A program made the position numbers and the translations under genes. Of a stretch of 64,000 nt of DNA, positions 1 through 12,467 are shown one piece after another. Under the pieces are notes generated by a model that did no database searches, was not told where the DNA came from, and saw only the letters and a list, made by a program, of their open reading frames with translations. Location: NCBI RefSeq assembly GCF_006345805.1, contig NC_043010.1:66836001-66900000 (forward strand). The letters are read 5' to 3'. This DNA is from Octopus sinensis (taxonomy: Eukaryota). How positions within the stretch are numbered: position 1 is the stretch's first letter; the number at the start of each line of letters is the position of its first letter.

Positions 1-127
1 CAGAAAGAGAAAGGCATGCAATTAGGTGGTTTATAGTGACATACAACTGCTTATTTTTCTGGGGGTACAACTGGTTATCTAACTTCTGAAAGAATGCCAA
101 TCTCTGAAGAGGACAAACCCTTTAACT

Positions 128-357
128 TATTTCTTTATTGCCCACAAGGGGCTAAACATAGAGAGGACAAACAAGGACAGACGAAGGGATTAAGTCGATT
201 ACATCAACCCCAGTGTGTAACTGGTACTTAATTTATCGACCCCGAAAGGATGAAAGGCAAAGTCGACTTTGGCGGAATTTGAACTCAGAACATAACGGCA
301 GACGAAATACAGTTAAGCATTTTGCTTGATGTTCTAACGTTTCTGCCAGCTCGCCCT
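128..357 (-). mobile_element. tRNA-derived SINE, family A
   Basis: Matches the many in-window copies: GGCGGCGAGCTGGCAGAA head, B-box-like GAGTTCAAATTCC, and tail GCCCCTTGTGGGCAATAAAGAAATA. Confidence 0.85.
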
Positions 358-506
358 CTAACTTAACACACAAATTCAACATTTAATAAAAGGTGATGGA
401 AACAGCAGTTGGGAGTAAGGCATAAAAAAAAAAAAAAAGCCATGTGGTTAAGGAGCTTGCATTAAAAATATGTAGTTTTGTAATGGTGGTGAGCTGGCAG
501 AATCAT

Positions 507-875
507 TAGCATGCCGGGTGAAGTGCTTAGTGGTATTTTGTCTGCCGTTACGTTCCGAGTTCAAATTTGCCTTTCATCCTTTCAGGGTCGATAAATTAAG
601 TACCAGCTACACACTAGGGTCGATGTAATCGACTTAATCCCTTTGTCTATCCTTGTTTGTCCTCTCTGTTTAGCCCCTTGTGGGCAATAAAGAAATAAGA
701 AATGTTAGCACACTGCACTAAGTGCTTAGTGGTATTTCATCTGCCGTTAGGTTCTGAGTTCAAATTCCACTGAAGTCGATAAATCAAGTACTAGTTATGC
801 ACTGGGGTCAATGTAATCAACTTAATCCCTTTGTCTGTCCCCTCTGTTTAGCCTCCTGTGGGCAATAAAGAAATA
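507..875 (+). mobile_element. SINE A, dimeric copy
   Basis: One full unit followed by a second unit lacking the head. Confidence 0.85.
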
Positions 876-2414
876 TGTAATTTTGGGTTCTGTCCACTTG
901 CACATCACTTGTACAAAAGCTCAATGCCTTGTAACTGGGTAGACGGAAACTGTGTGGAAGCCCGTCATGTGCGTGTATGTCTCAATAACTTAACGGTTTA
1001 GCAGAAGTAATCACTAAAATAGACACCAGATTTAAGAACTGGGGTCGATTTGACTACACACTTCAAGACGGTGCTCCAGCATGGGCGCCCTCCAATGACT
1101 AAAACAAGAGACAATGAATTCCCCACTCTTCTCCATGGTCAGTAAGGTTTCCATAAAGCCATACAAACTGGTGTCTGTCCTTCATTAGTAATCTCTTATT
1201 AAAGACTTCAGCAAATACAAACCCTCAGGCTACCCCTTACACGAGGACCCCTTTGCTTAATTCCAAACCTCTATGTGTTTCTTACTGGATCGGAAAATCT
1301 GTCAGATCGTACTGCGACAGTGAAGTTTACATACATTGTCTATACATGTTGTATACCACAAGTTCTACATGCTGTTGTATGCCTCATGCCTACACCTAAG
1401 CATACCTACTGAGGCAGGAGGTGTACCACAACAACATGTATAACTTACCATGGATAATGTGTAGACTACTTCCACACTATGTGAGGTATACTACACAACT
1501 GTAATCTATCCTATCCCTGATCTGATGACATGGACATCAAATACAGGCTACTTCGTTTAATATGACGTATAAACTACGCATTGCAATGTGATGCAATTCC
1601 ACCTGTACGATATGTTTAATATATAGTCACTGCATTACGGTATCATTCAGTCACTCTCCCAATATCAGAACACCCTAAAAAAATTATCTTATTCCAACCC
1701 ACTTCACCAAGTAATTGTTAATTCACACCATTAACGGAGATAAACAAGTTTTCTATAATTGGTAACTGGCGAGACTAGTGAGGCTTAAACAGTATTTGCA
1801 GTATATTTTCATCGATCCGAATTGGTTTTTTCCCCAGACATTTTCATAATTTAAAGCATTAATCCGTTCTGTATAAATACGGTGAAGAAAAACTCTATTA
1901 TACAAGACTAATTTTTAGGATATTAAATACGATTCACAGAAATGAAATATTTCTTCATACATAAAGGTAGTAGGTAGTTTGTAAGAATATTGCTTTTATC
2001 TATTATATGCTTAATACATGTAAATAACAAAAAAAAAACAAGATTATTTAATGGTAAAACGGTGGAGTCTGATAAAACTAGCCATGTTTTGCGTCGTGAA
2101 AAATCCAATTCACAGCAGAGTTAATTATCCCACCAATTCACTCATTAGAAATGTTTAATACCTGTGGACATAAGCTTTAAAATATGCGATACATTTATAG
2201 TATTGAATTCTAAACTTAAAATACAAGTCCTGAATATTTTGTTGGAGTTAATTAACAGTCAATTAAATCAAACCTCGGTAATCGACGGGTATTTAATTTA
2301 TTGAACTATAGAAGTTAGTCGACTTCAGCATGAACAGGGACCTAACTAAATGCTACTACTACAAGGTATATAGCAACGAACACTGTATCGTGTTTTATGT
2401 GACATTAGACTTAC

Positions 2415-2562
2415 CTTTTGTGTAGCCCTGTCCGACTCTGTCGCGATGTTCTCTGAAAGTCGGGTTGCTTGTACAACTCTGTCCACGTTTCCAGCGAGCA
2501 GCATTTCGCTTTGCCGTGACTCCGTGGGTCCTTTTGCTCTTCTTCCTCTTTAAAGGATGCAT
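2415..2562 (-). CDS. RRP12: Probable first coding exon of an RRP12-like (ribosome biogenesis) protein
   Basis: Minus-strand ATG at 2562 gives MHPLKRKKSKRTHGVTAKRNAARWKRGQSCTSNPTFREHRDRVGQGYTK+G and ends at a consensus donor AG|GTAAGT (2414-2409). RWKRGQSCTSNP..REHR resembles the RRP12 N-terminal motif as I recall it (human RWKKGHSSDSNP..RHR). Downstream exons were not found in the window. Confidence 0.55.
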
Positions 2563-2981
2563 CTTATATTCTAACTGTTACTGTTTTAATAAAAATAAAG
2601 TCTAAACACATCGATACATAGCTGTTATGTGTGTGTGTGTGTGTATAAAGGATTCTACATTCAGGTTCGTGGTAGCACGTGTCTGGAGGATATATATATT
2701 CAGACAGGATGTGGATGTAGTTTTACGACAGCGGACCTTGAGCACGAGGCGTACGAGAGGTTTTCAGATTAATGGAACCTCAGTCGAACAAGATTTTTGC
2801 GATCGTCGTTCTTTATTTAATTCCTTATTAGATGTAATACATCAGACCCATAATTACATCGATTACAGCCATGAACATCCACCTTTTTTTACTGGCACAG
2901 TGTATCTGCGACAACATCATCCGATTTTTTATTTTTCTATTTTCTTTTAAACAACAAGAACTTGATGGCCTTTATTTGATT

Positions 2982-4615
2982 CTAGCAGTATCGCCCGGCG
3001 TTGCTCGGATTTGTAAGGGAAATAACTATATAAGCATTTTTAGAGAGTTATAGTAAAAAAATAGCAAAAAAATGCATTAAAAATGGAAAAAAAAATGATG
3101 GTAAATTTTTTTTAAATCCTTGACTCATCGTAGACATTTTTAGAGAGTTACTTCCCTTATATAATAGCGAAAAAAATGCATTAAAATGGAAAAAAATGAT
3201 GGTAAATTAAAAAAAAAATTGTTGACTCATCGTAGACATTTTTAGAGAGTTACTTCCCTTATATAATAGCGAAAAAAATGCATTAAAATGGAAAAAAATG
3301 ATGGTAAATTAAAAAAAAAATTGTTGACTCATCGTAGACATTTTTAGAGAGTTACTTCCCTTATATAATAGCGAAAAATGCATTAAAATGGAAAAAAATG
3401 ATGGTAAATCTTTTAAAAATCGTAGACTCATCGTAGACGCGCGCTAATACCCAGAAGGGCTCGATATGAATCACGACTATAAGATACCCGGTTTTGGTTA
3501 AACTGCACCGCAAAATGTGGGAGGAGTTATGAATCTAAATCGTAGGAGACAGACACACAACTTGACTTTTATATATAACTAGCAGTATCGCCCGGCGTTG
3601 CTCGGGTTTGTAAGGGAAATAACTATATAAGCATTTTTAGAGAGTTACTTCCCTTATAAATTCGGGCTTTCTTAGCCATTTTTGTTTTGGTGTCTTCAAG
3701 CCATGAAGTCGTTGTTCTAAAAGAACGCTGGTCTCCTTCACAACGCATTACGACGTTGATTTCTTTACACTCCCTTCCCCACAGCTTCACGAGGGAGGGA
3801 AGGGGGAGAAGCAAACAGGTGCAGCTGTGAGCGTGGACGCCAACTCCGCCGCCATCGACATACGATGCATTTTATGCATTAAAATGGAATAAAAAATGAT
3901 GTTAAATTATTTTTAAAATCGTAGACTCATCGTTGACGCGCGCTAATACCCAGAAGGGCTCGATATGAATCACGACTATAAGATACCCGAATTTGGTGAA
4001 ACTGCACCGCAAAATGTGGGAGGAGTTAGGAATCTAAATCGAAGGGGACAGACACTCACACAACTAGAGTTTTATATATATAGACTAGCAGTATCGCCTG
4101 GCGTTGCTCGGGTTTGTAAGGGAAATAACTATATAAGCATTTTTAGAGAGTTATAGCAAGAAAATACATTAAAAATGGAATAAAAAATTATGATAATTTT
4201 TTTTTTAAATCGTTGACTCAGTGTCTGCAAGCCATGAAGTCGTTGTTCTAAAAGAACGCTGGTCTCCTTGACAACGCTTTACGACGTTGATTTCCTTACA
4301 CTCCCTTCCCCACAGCTTCACGAGGGAGGGAAGAAGGGGGAGAAGCAGGTGCAGGTGTGACCATGGACGCCAACTCCGCCGGCATCGACACACGAAAAAT
4401 TATGCATTAAAATGGAATAAAAAATGATGTTAAATTATTTTTAAAATCGTAGATTCATCGTAGACGCGCGCTAATACTCAGACGGGCTCGATATGAATCA
4501 CGACTATAAGATACCCGAATTTGGTTAAACTGCACCGCAAAATGTGGGAGTAGTTAGGAATCTAAATCGAAGGGGACAGACACTCACACAACTACAGTTT
4601 TATATATATAGAAGA
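2982..4615 (-). mobile_element. Three head-to-tail non-autonomous Helitrons (2982-3578, 3579-4084, 4085-4615)
   Basis: On the minus strand each unit ends with a CCCGAGCAACGCCGGG-type hairpin, 8 nt, then CTAG. The array starts A|TC at 4615 and there is a CTAG|TC junction at 4085/4084. Confidence 0.8.
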
Positions 4616-5065
4616 TTTAGCAGTTATTTCTAACAGGAATTACCAAAACGCTTGGTTAAGTTTCTATAGGCAGCAAAATATGATAAACAATGGAGCTAGA
4701 ATAATTCATTATAATTCTATCTGTCGTGATTAAAAAATTTGATATATGTTATATTCTAAGCTTGACTAATTTAGAATCGAAACCCCTTACCAAACAGCCG
4801 GAGAACGCCCCTGGTCCTACGATACAAATTTCCCAAATTAAAACCTTCCGTCAAAATTCTATGCTAATTTTTATTCCAAACTCCAGCTAAATAATGAGTC
4901 TTTTTTTAAAATCCTAAATCCATTATTTGTCATTTAGAATTAATTGAAATATCGGCAAAAATAACAAAAGGGAAGTAACAAATGAAAATCCAATGTATAA
5001 GGGGCAATAACTCAGGGTTTTAAATACGAGCTAATGTATTACAATTTTTTGATTTTGAATATACT

Positions 5066-5452
5066 CTTACTCTTTACTCTCTTTTACTTGTTTCAGTCAT
5101 TTGACTGCGGCCATGCTGGAGCACCGCCTTTAATCGAGCAACTCGACCCCGGGACTTATTCTTTTGTAAGCCCAGTACTTATTCTATCGGTCTCTTTTTG
5201 CCGAACCGCTAAGTGACGGGGACATAAACACACCAGCATCGGTTGTCAAGCAATGCTAGGGGGACAAACACAGGCACACACACACACATATATATACGAC
5301 GGGCTTCTTTCAGTTTCCGTCTACCAAATCCACTCACAAGGCTTTGGCCGGCTCGAAGCTATAGTAGAAGACACTTGCCCAAGGTGCCACGCAGTGGGAC
5401 GGAACCCGGAACCATGTGGTTGGTAAGCAAGCTACTTACCACACAGCCACTA
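5066..5452 (-). mobile_element. tRNA-derived SINE, family B
   Basis: A box TGGCTGTGTGG, B box GGTTCCGTCCC, central microsatellite, and tail CAGTCAAATGACTGAAACAAGTAAAAGAGT. Confidence 0.9.
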
Positions 5453-5719
5453 AGATAAAAAATCAAAATATTACTTAAAATATATGAGCAAGAATAAAAA
5501 TATATCATTATATTTCGGGACGGTCATTTTTTTTTACCAAATAAACACACGTACAATATGTTCTTCACTTCAGATTTTTTATTGCTCTTGTTTTATGGCC
5601 TGTTGTGTCTGGGGAGAGTCATTTTCATTTTGTGCCTTATAAGGTAACATACTCACCGGTAAAATTTCCACTTATTTCTTATTTTTATTTTTATGGAAAT
5701 CTTTTGTCACACGCCCTAT

Positions 5720-5841
5720 GACCTCTTCTGCAGCTCTCCACCCCATGTGTCTCCTCCTGTTCTGTTTAGTCAATTCTGTTTAGAATATGGACTAAACAGG
5801 ACAGGAGGAGATACATGGGATGGAGAGGTACTGAAGAGATC
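5720..5841. repeat. Imperfect inverted repeat (~50-bp arms, 18-nt loop)
   Basis: TCTTCTGCAGCTCTCCACCCCATGTGTCTCCTCCTGTTCTGTTTAGTC pairs with GACTAAACAGGACAGGAGGAGATACATGGGATGGAGAGGTACTGAAGA. Confidence 0.8.
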
Positions 5842-5899
5842 TCAGACAATGAATATAAAATAAGACCGATAATAAATCTGGAGTGAAGAACAAATATAT

Positions 5900-6180
5900 A
5901 TAGAGTAAATCGACCTGGACTTATTCTTTGTACTTAGTGATAGTGAGGGAGGAGAGAAGAAACACATACACAAAGACACACATACACACACACACACACA
6001 TACACACACACATACCCGACGGGCTTCTTTCTGTTTCCGTGTACCAAATCTACTCACAATGGTTTGGTCGGCCTGACGCTATAGTAGAAGATACTTGCTC
6101 AAGGTGCCACGCTGTGAGACTGAACCTAGAACCATATGGTTGGTAATCAAGCTTCTTACCATTCAGCCACGCCTGCGCCT
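5900..6180 (-). mobile_element. SINE B, diverged/partial
   Basis: Recognisable family B head and body. Confidence 0.75.
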
Positions 6181-6190
6181 ATGTACACAC

Positions 6191-6221
<31 letters not shown>

Positions 6222-6649
6222 ACGTTTAATTAATCCACTCCCCCACCCGATCCCCAAAACGAAGAAAAAAGCGCAAGAAAAAACAACAGCATGAGTATGT
6301 GGTACATGCAAAGTATTAAACGTCGCTCAGGGAAGGAAAGAAAGGTTGTTTTACTTTTCGAGCAAAAGCTCTTCTTCAGAAACAGGAGACAGAGTAAAAG
6401 GAAGACGGAGGGAAAAAATCGCCAACCATCTACATGTAGTTACATTTTGAAATGACCAGAAGGGAATGGACAAAGAAAAAGTTCTTTCTAAGACAGGAGA
6501 GTGTAAGAGAAGGAGAAATCTGTGTACGTTTGAGTATGCTCGCGCGAGTGTTTCAGTGTGTGTAATAGCATGTGTGTGTGTGTGTGTGTGGTGGGCAGTA
6601 ACTGAGTGCGGGTGGTAGTAACTGTGTGTGTGTGAGTTGTATGTAGTAT

Positions 6650-7160
6650 TTTTCCTGCCTTTAACCCTCCAATGCGGAGTGTAGGCCACTTATAATTGAA
6701 TTCCATGTTGCATAATTTTTGCTTCTATACTTATACTCTGCCATGAATGTCCCCCTTTCTCTAGTTCCTTTTGTGTTGATCTCCGCCATGAGTTCTTAGG
6801 TCTACCTCTCCTTCTATATCCATCAGGTTTCCACTGTAAAGCACTTTTCGCTGTATTTAATGTGTCTTTTCTAATTGTGCAACCAATCCGCTTCCACTTT
6901 TTCTTAAATATTTGCTCCCTAATCAAAACTTCATTTGTTCTTTGCCATAGCTCCATATTGCTTATGTGTTCGTGCCATCTAATTTTAAGTATACTACGCA
7001 AGCATCTGTTGATGAATGATTGTATTTCCTTATTTGACTTAACTGTTGTTCGCCATGTCTCAGCCCCATACAATAACGCCGCTTTTATATTAGTGTTAAA
7101 CATTCTTATTTTGTTCTTTATTGAAATTACACTTGCGCTCCATACTTTGTAGTATTAACT
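6650..7160 (-). mobile_element. RTE-clade LINE 3' fragment (post-RT C-terminus)
   Basis: ORF 6690-7103 reads LLYGAETWRTT...RCLRSILKIRW...GYRRRGRPKNSWRR, a typical RTE C-terminal region; 5'-truncated. Confidence 0.85.
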
Positions 7161-7500
7161 TATTTCTTTATTGCCCACAAGGGGCTAAACATAGAGGGGA
7201 CAAACAAGGACAGACAAAGGGATTAAGTCGATTACATCGACCCCAGTGCGTAACTGGTACTTATTTACTCGATCCCCGAAAAGATGAAAGTCAAAGCCGA
7301 CCTCGGCGGAATTTGAACTCAGAACGTAAAGACATACGAAATACCTATTTCTTTACTACCCACAAGGGGCTAAACACAGAGAGGACGAACAAGGACAGAC
7401 AAAGGGATTAAGTCAATTATATCGACTCCAGTGCGTAACTGGTACTTAATTTATCGACCCCGAAAGGATAAAAGGCAAAGTCTCGGCGGAATTTGAACTC
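7161..7500 (-). mobile_element. SINE A, dimeric copy
   Basis: Two tandem bodies joined at GAAATACC|TATTTC. Confidence 0.85.
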
Positions 7501-7956
7501 CAGCAAAAAGTTTGAAAAGCACTGCTCTAAATATACTCCTTCGAAATAGATCTAACTTTTTCTTGACCAGTGGAAGCAAAGGAAATTCAGCTTTGATAAT
7601 TCCTTTTTTGTATCAGTAGGATTCTCAAGCATGGCCATGACAGGATGTGATTTCAGGGAGATTTAGTCCCTATTTCAAGCAGATCGAACGACGGCATTGA
7701 TCCCTCATTTTGTTTTCCCTTTTGTAGAACCATATGGTTCGCTGCCTGTTATTCGTGTGAAGTATCACTCTCAGAATTCTATAAAGCTGGTGAAGTCACT
7801 GCTGAGGATACTCTTCATTCCCTCATGCTGTTCTTCCTTCTGCTGGCTATTTGAGTGAAGTGTCACCCTCAGAGTTCCTTGAAGCCAGTCAAATGACTGC
7901 TTATGGTCCTTTTCTTTCTCTCATGCTGTTATCCTTTCTGCTGGCTATTTGAGTGC

Positions 7957-8172
7957 GAACTGGCAGAATCGTTAGCATGCCGGGCGAAATGCTTAGCGGT
8001 ATTTCATCTGCCGCTACGTTCTGAGTTCAAATTCCGCCGAGGTCGACTTTGCCTTTCATCCTTTCGGGGTCGATAAATTAAGTACCAGTTACGCACTGGG
8101 GTTGATGTAATCGACTTAATCCATTTGTCTGTCCTTGTTTGTCCTCTCTGTGTTTAGCCCCTTGTGGGTAGT
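7957..8172 (+). mobile_element. SINE A
   Basis: Near full-length family A copy. Confidence 0.85.
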
Positions 8173-8456
8173 AAGAAATATATATTTTAATAAAGAAACA
8201 TATTTGAGTGAAGAATCATACACAGATTTCTTTGAAGCTGGCCAAGACGGACTTCATAGAGCCCTCTGCGTTCCCTTATTCTGTTTTCCCTTTTGTAGAA
8301 TCATACCGATCGCAACTGACGAGTTGAGTGAAGTGTCACACTTAAAATTCTTTGAAAAAGCTTGAGCGTCACACACAAAATTCATAAGACGTGCAAAGAA
8401 AAAAAAAGAATCAAGTAAAAAAAAAATCACAAAACAAAATAGCTATCTTGTTTCCT

Positions 8457-8876
8457 ATTTCTTTATTGCCCACAAGGGGCTAAACACAGAGAGGACAAAC
8501 AAGGACAGACAAACAGATTAAGTCAATTATATCGACCCCAGTGCGTAACTTGAACTTATTTAATCGACCCCGAAAGGATGAAAGGTAAAGCCGACCCCGG
8601 CGGAATTTGAACTCAGAATGTAACGGCAGACGAAATACCTATTTATTTACTACCCACAAACGGCTAAACACAGAGAGGACAAACAAGGACAGACAAACGG
8701 ATTAAGTCAATTATATCAACCCCAGTGCATAACTGGTACTTAATTTATCGACTCCGAAAAGATGAAAGGCAAAGTCGACTTCGGCGGAATTTGAACTCGG
8801 AACGTAACAACGGCAGACGAAATACCGCTTAGCATTTTCGCCCGGCGTGCTTAACGTTTCTGCCAGCTCGCCGCCT
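8457..8876 (-). mobile_element. SINE A, dimeric copy
   Basis: One head and two bodies. Confidence 0.85.
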
Positions 8877-9266
8877 TTCTTGTTTTCCACTCGGGAAAGT
8901 AAACACTGTCGTGCACTCGAATATACCCGGACGTGTTATATCAGGTCGAAACATTCCAATACACTAAACAAATGAATGTTTGAGATGACTAGTTTGTGTT
9001 CAGAGTCATTGCAAATCATTGACGTCATCAGTGGATAATCCTTTAATTTGGGTTGATCCTTTGATCAAACATCCTTGTTTATCAGAATCAGTAGGATAGT
9101 GATTTATTTACTACTAGCAAAAGATACTCGGCGTTGCTCCGGATTAAAATGGCATATTTTTTTTTATTGTCCATACATACATACATACAATATACATACA
9201 TACATAAACATACATACATGATGCATACATACATATATAAATATACATATATACATACATACATAC

Positions 9267-9321
<55 letters not shown>

Positions 9322-9384
9322 ATATATATATATGATTTTGATTTTTCCAGTTTCAGCTAATGAGCTGTGGCCATGCTGGGGCAC

Positions 9385-9447
<63 letters not shown>

Positions 9448-10259
9448 TATACATACATATATAACAGATGTATATATATATATATATATATATATACAAC
9501 ATGTAGGCGCAGGAGTGGATGTAAGTAGCTTGCTTACCAACCACATGATTCCGGGTTCTGTCCCACTGCGTGGCACCTTGGGCAAGTGTCTTCTACTATA
9601 GCCGCAGACCGACCAAAGCCTTGTGAGTGGATTTGGTAGACAGAAACTGAAAGAAGCTCGGTCTGATTGTTCCTAAGATGTTGCAACCTACGAACTTCAG
9701 CCTTGACATATGCATCCACAACATACTGTTGAAATAATTTTCCAGCTAAACCCACCTTTGAATGCAAGACGATAGTTGAGTATTTTTGCATTATCAGACG
9801 ATAACGCACATGTCTGGCGTTCCTCGACATGTTGCATCTCACAATACCTTCCAAATTCCCCATGGGGAAACATAATTGGGTAGCTCATGGCGTTTAAGAA
9901 ATTTTTTCAGGGGGAAGCATCTCTGGGATACACAATAATGTCTCTATTTTCAGGAGGGGCACCACTTTCTACAACAAACACTGCTGTTATTTCATTGCTG
10001 GTGGGGAGATTGTAGCGCCTGATATCGGACCCTCTCCTGAAGCATAACTCACATCTCCATATTGGTACATTGTCTCTTCTGGCTCTCTCCTCTTCTTGTT
10101 GTTCAACCGCATGCGTGTTCTTGTACAGTTCTGCATAAGGATTAATTTGGTGGATAACATCACTTACTTTTCTCATAGCAACAGAGGAACACTCAGAATT
10201 TTGAGGCTCATCCATCTTGTGCAGCAGAGCTTCATCCGCATCAATGGTATATAACTGGG

Positions 10260-10567
10260 ACCGACATCATCAACTAAGCCCCACTTACACCCAAAATTTC
10301 AGGCATTGTGCCGAAAGTAGAAAGGACTTTATTAAGGCGGCGAGCTGGCAGAAACATTAGCACGCCGGGCGAAATGCGTAGCCGTATTTCGTCTGTCGTT
10401 ACGTTGTGAGTTCAAATTCCGTCGAAGTCGACTTTGCCTTTCATCTTTTCGGGGTCGATAAATTAAGTACCACATACGCACTGGTTTCGATGTAATTGAC
10501 TTAATACCTATGTCTGTCTTTGTTTGTCCCTTCTATGTTTAGCCCCTTGTGGGTAATAAAGAAATAG
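10260..10567 (+). mobile_element. SINE A plus an older SINE tail inserted in the Helitron ORF
   Basis: Flanked by the direct repeat GGTATATAACTGG. Removing the insert rejoins YGQLYT|IDADEALLHK. Confidence 0.8.
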
Positions 10568-10898
10568 GTATATAACTGGCCGTATTGCAGTCGCTCATTA
10601 GCAGGATGCAGGTTTGTCGTTGTGTGGTAAGTTTGGCCCTGAATGCGGAAGCAATACGGACCCCTTCCTGGAGGTGCTGCCAGTTTGACTCCAAATGACG
10701 CAAAGGAGAAGATACAATTGTAATTTCTGGTATTTCTACGGAATGAAACGAACTCTTGGTCGTTTCCCTCAAATGAAGTTTTTAGTGTCTCTGGATATGA
10801 TTGCAATGCAGACACGTTCACTTTTCCATTGTGGCAACAACTGTTACTTTCATTTCTAAACCTAAACGCACCACAGTATTCACATATAATGTTCATTA

Positions 10899-11080
10899 AG
10901 GCACAGGAGTGGCTGTGTGGTAAGTAGCTTGCTAACCAGCCACATGGTTCCGGGTTCAGTCCCATTGCGTGGCACCTTGGGCAAGTGTCTTCTACTATAG
11001 CCTTGGGCCGACCAAAGCCTCGTGAGTGGATTTGGTAGACAGAAACTGAAAGAAGCCCGTCGTATATATGTATATATATA

Positions 11081-11131
<51 letters not shown>

Positions 11132-11345
11132 TGTGTGTGTTTGTGTGTCTGTGTTTGTCCCCCTAGCATTGCTTGACAACCGATGCTGGTGTGTTTATGT
11201 CCCCGTCACTTAGTGGTTCGGCAAAAGAGACCGATAGAATAAGTACTGGGCTTACAAAAGAATAAGTCCCGGGGTCGAGTTGCTCGATTAAAGGCGGTGC
11301 TCCAGCATGGCCGCAGTCAAAAATGACTGAAACAAGTAAAAAGAT
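10899..11345 (+). mobile_element. SINE B inserted in the Helitron
   Basis: Full-length family B copy. Confidence 0.9.
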
Positions 11346-12073
11346 TAAAAAAAAAAGAATTAACAATAGCTCTGTTCAGCATCAGCACTGGCCTATGTCT
11401 TCTCACAACGCTGTCGCTGCATCTGATGCCTCCTTAAATTTTCAGTTTCACCAGCATTCATATTTTGAACTCTTTCTCGATATCTTCCCCGTTGGTTTTG
11501 CTTATAAATAACCCTCTCATGTTGATTCATGTTCTCCAATCTTTGCTGAAATAAAGTTTCTCTGCCGCTCGTAGTACTGTGGTACGCTGCTCCTCATTCA
11601 TATTTCCTCGTCTTATTTGTTGTCTCCTCCTATTTTGCTCTTATTTTGTTCCTCGCGTTGTTCACCCTCCACTGACGCTCGTCTCAGCTGCTGGCGTTGC
11701 CTGTCCCTCTTTAAGATATCCCTCATCAACTCTTCCCTTATCTTCTGCCTGTAGAGTCTCATTCTCGCGCGAGCAGCTTCCAGTTTTTGCTGCCGGTTCA
11801 TGATGAATGCAATTTATAAGCACAAAAGAAATACAAGATGATATATATACAAAACACAAAGAAAAAAAATTAATAGAAATGGACTGTTATAGGCAATTCG
11901 GATCTTCTGTGTTTCACTCACAAAATCAGCCCCCTTTAATTTTGCTCAGATTGTTTTCAATTTTGGTGTATCAATGCAGTTTTGAATTTCGTTTATTCTC
12001 AGGTACTTACGTTATCTTGTAAATTAAGAATCTGCCATAACGGCAGATTAAAACGTTCATGGAATCCACATAC

Positions 12074-12236
12074 CGCAGGAGTGGCTGTGTGGTAAGTAGC
12101 TTGATAACCAACCACATGGTTCCGGGTTCAGTCCCACTGCGTGGCATCTTGGGCAAGTGTCTTATGCTATAGCCCCGGGCCGACCAATGCCTTGTGAGTG
12201 GATTTGGTAGACGGAAACTGAAAGAAGCCTGTCGTA

Positions 12237-12240
<4 letters not shown>
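12074..12240 (+). mobile_element. SINE B, 5' half
   Basis: Head through GAAACTGAAAGAAGCC, then (TA)n. Confidence 0.85.
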
Positions 12241-12287
<47 letters not shown>

Positions 12288-12389
12288 TCAGGGTGAGTAC
12301 TTGATAATTGTAAGCACCTGTATATACCGTTTGGTGGTGTAGGTGGTGGAGTAAGTTAATCAAAATAAAAACATGATGCCAAGGATTCA

Positions 12390-12467
12390 GCGGTACATAT
12401 GTTTCGGGCCTTTATTAGACGGATTTATAACAATGCATAATGTGTGTCTATGGCCTTCTTCAGCCGC
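12390..12467 (-). ncRNA. Minimal type I hammerhead ribozyme motif
   Basis: Minus strand reads GCGG-CTGAAGA-A-GGCC(a-tagac...gtcta-ataaa)GGCC-C-GAAAC-ATAT-GT-A-CCGC. The core is intact, stem I is 4 bp, and loop III is palindromic. Confidence 0.7.

Larger units (their letters stand above)
9114..11860 (-). mobile_element. Internally deleted Helitron carrying the N-terminal part of Rep/helicase, interrupted by SINEs
   Basis: Fragments CEYCGAFRF...CCHNGKV, NYNCIFSFASFG, FRIQGQTYH, YGQLY, INPYAELYK, RRYNLPTSNEI and AGKLFQQYVVDAYVKAE are typical of the Helitron N-terminal region. A 3' hairpin plus CTAG|T lies at 9114-9145 in the same orientation. The 5' end was not located. Confidence 0.85.

Noticed and set aside
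1341-1442. Short inverted repeats (TATACATGTTGT/ACAACATGTATA)
   Set aside because: Only 12-bp plus 7-bp pairing in AT-rich DNA, which is too weak.
1790-1890. Possible RRP12 exon 2 (ERINALNYENVWGKKPIR...)
   Set aside because: It has an in-frame stop with no donor and no similarity to RRP12 that I recognise.
2627-2950. 107-aa plus-strand ORF
   Set aside because: It starts in a (TG)n run and has no recognisable motif; more likely promoter or UTR sequence.
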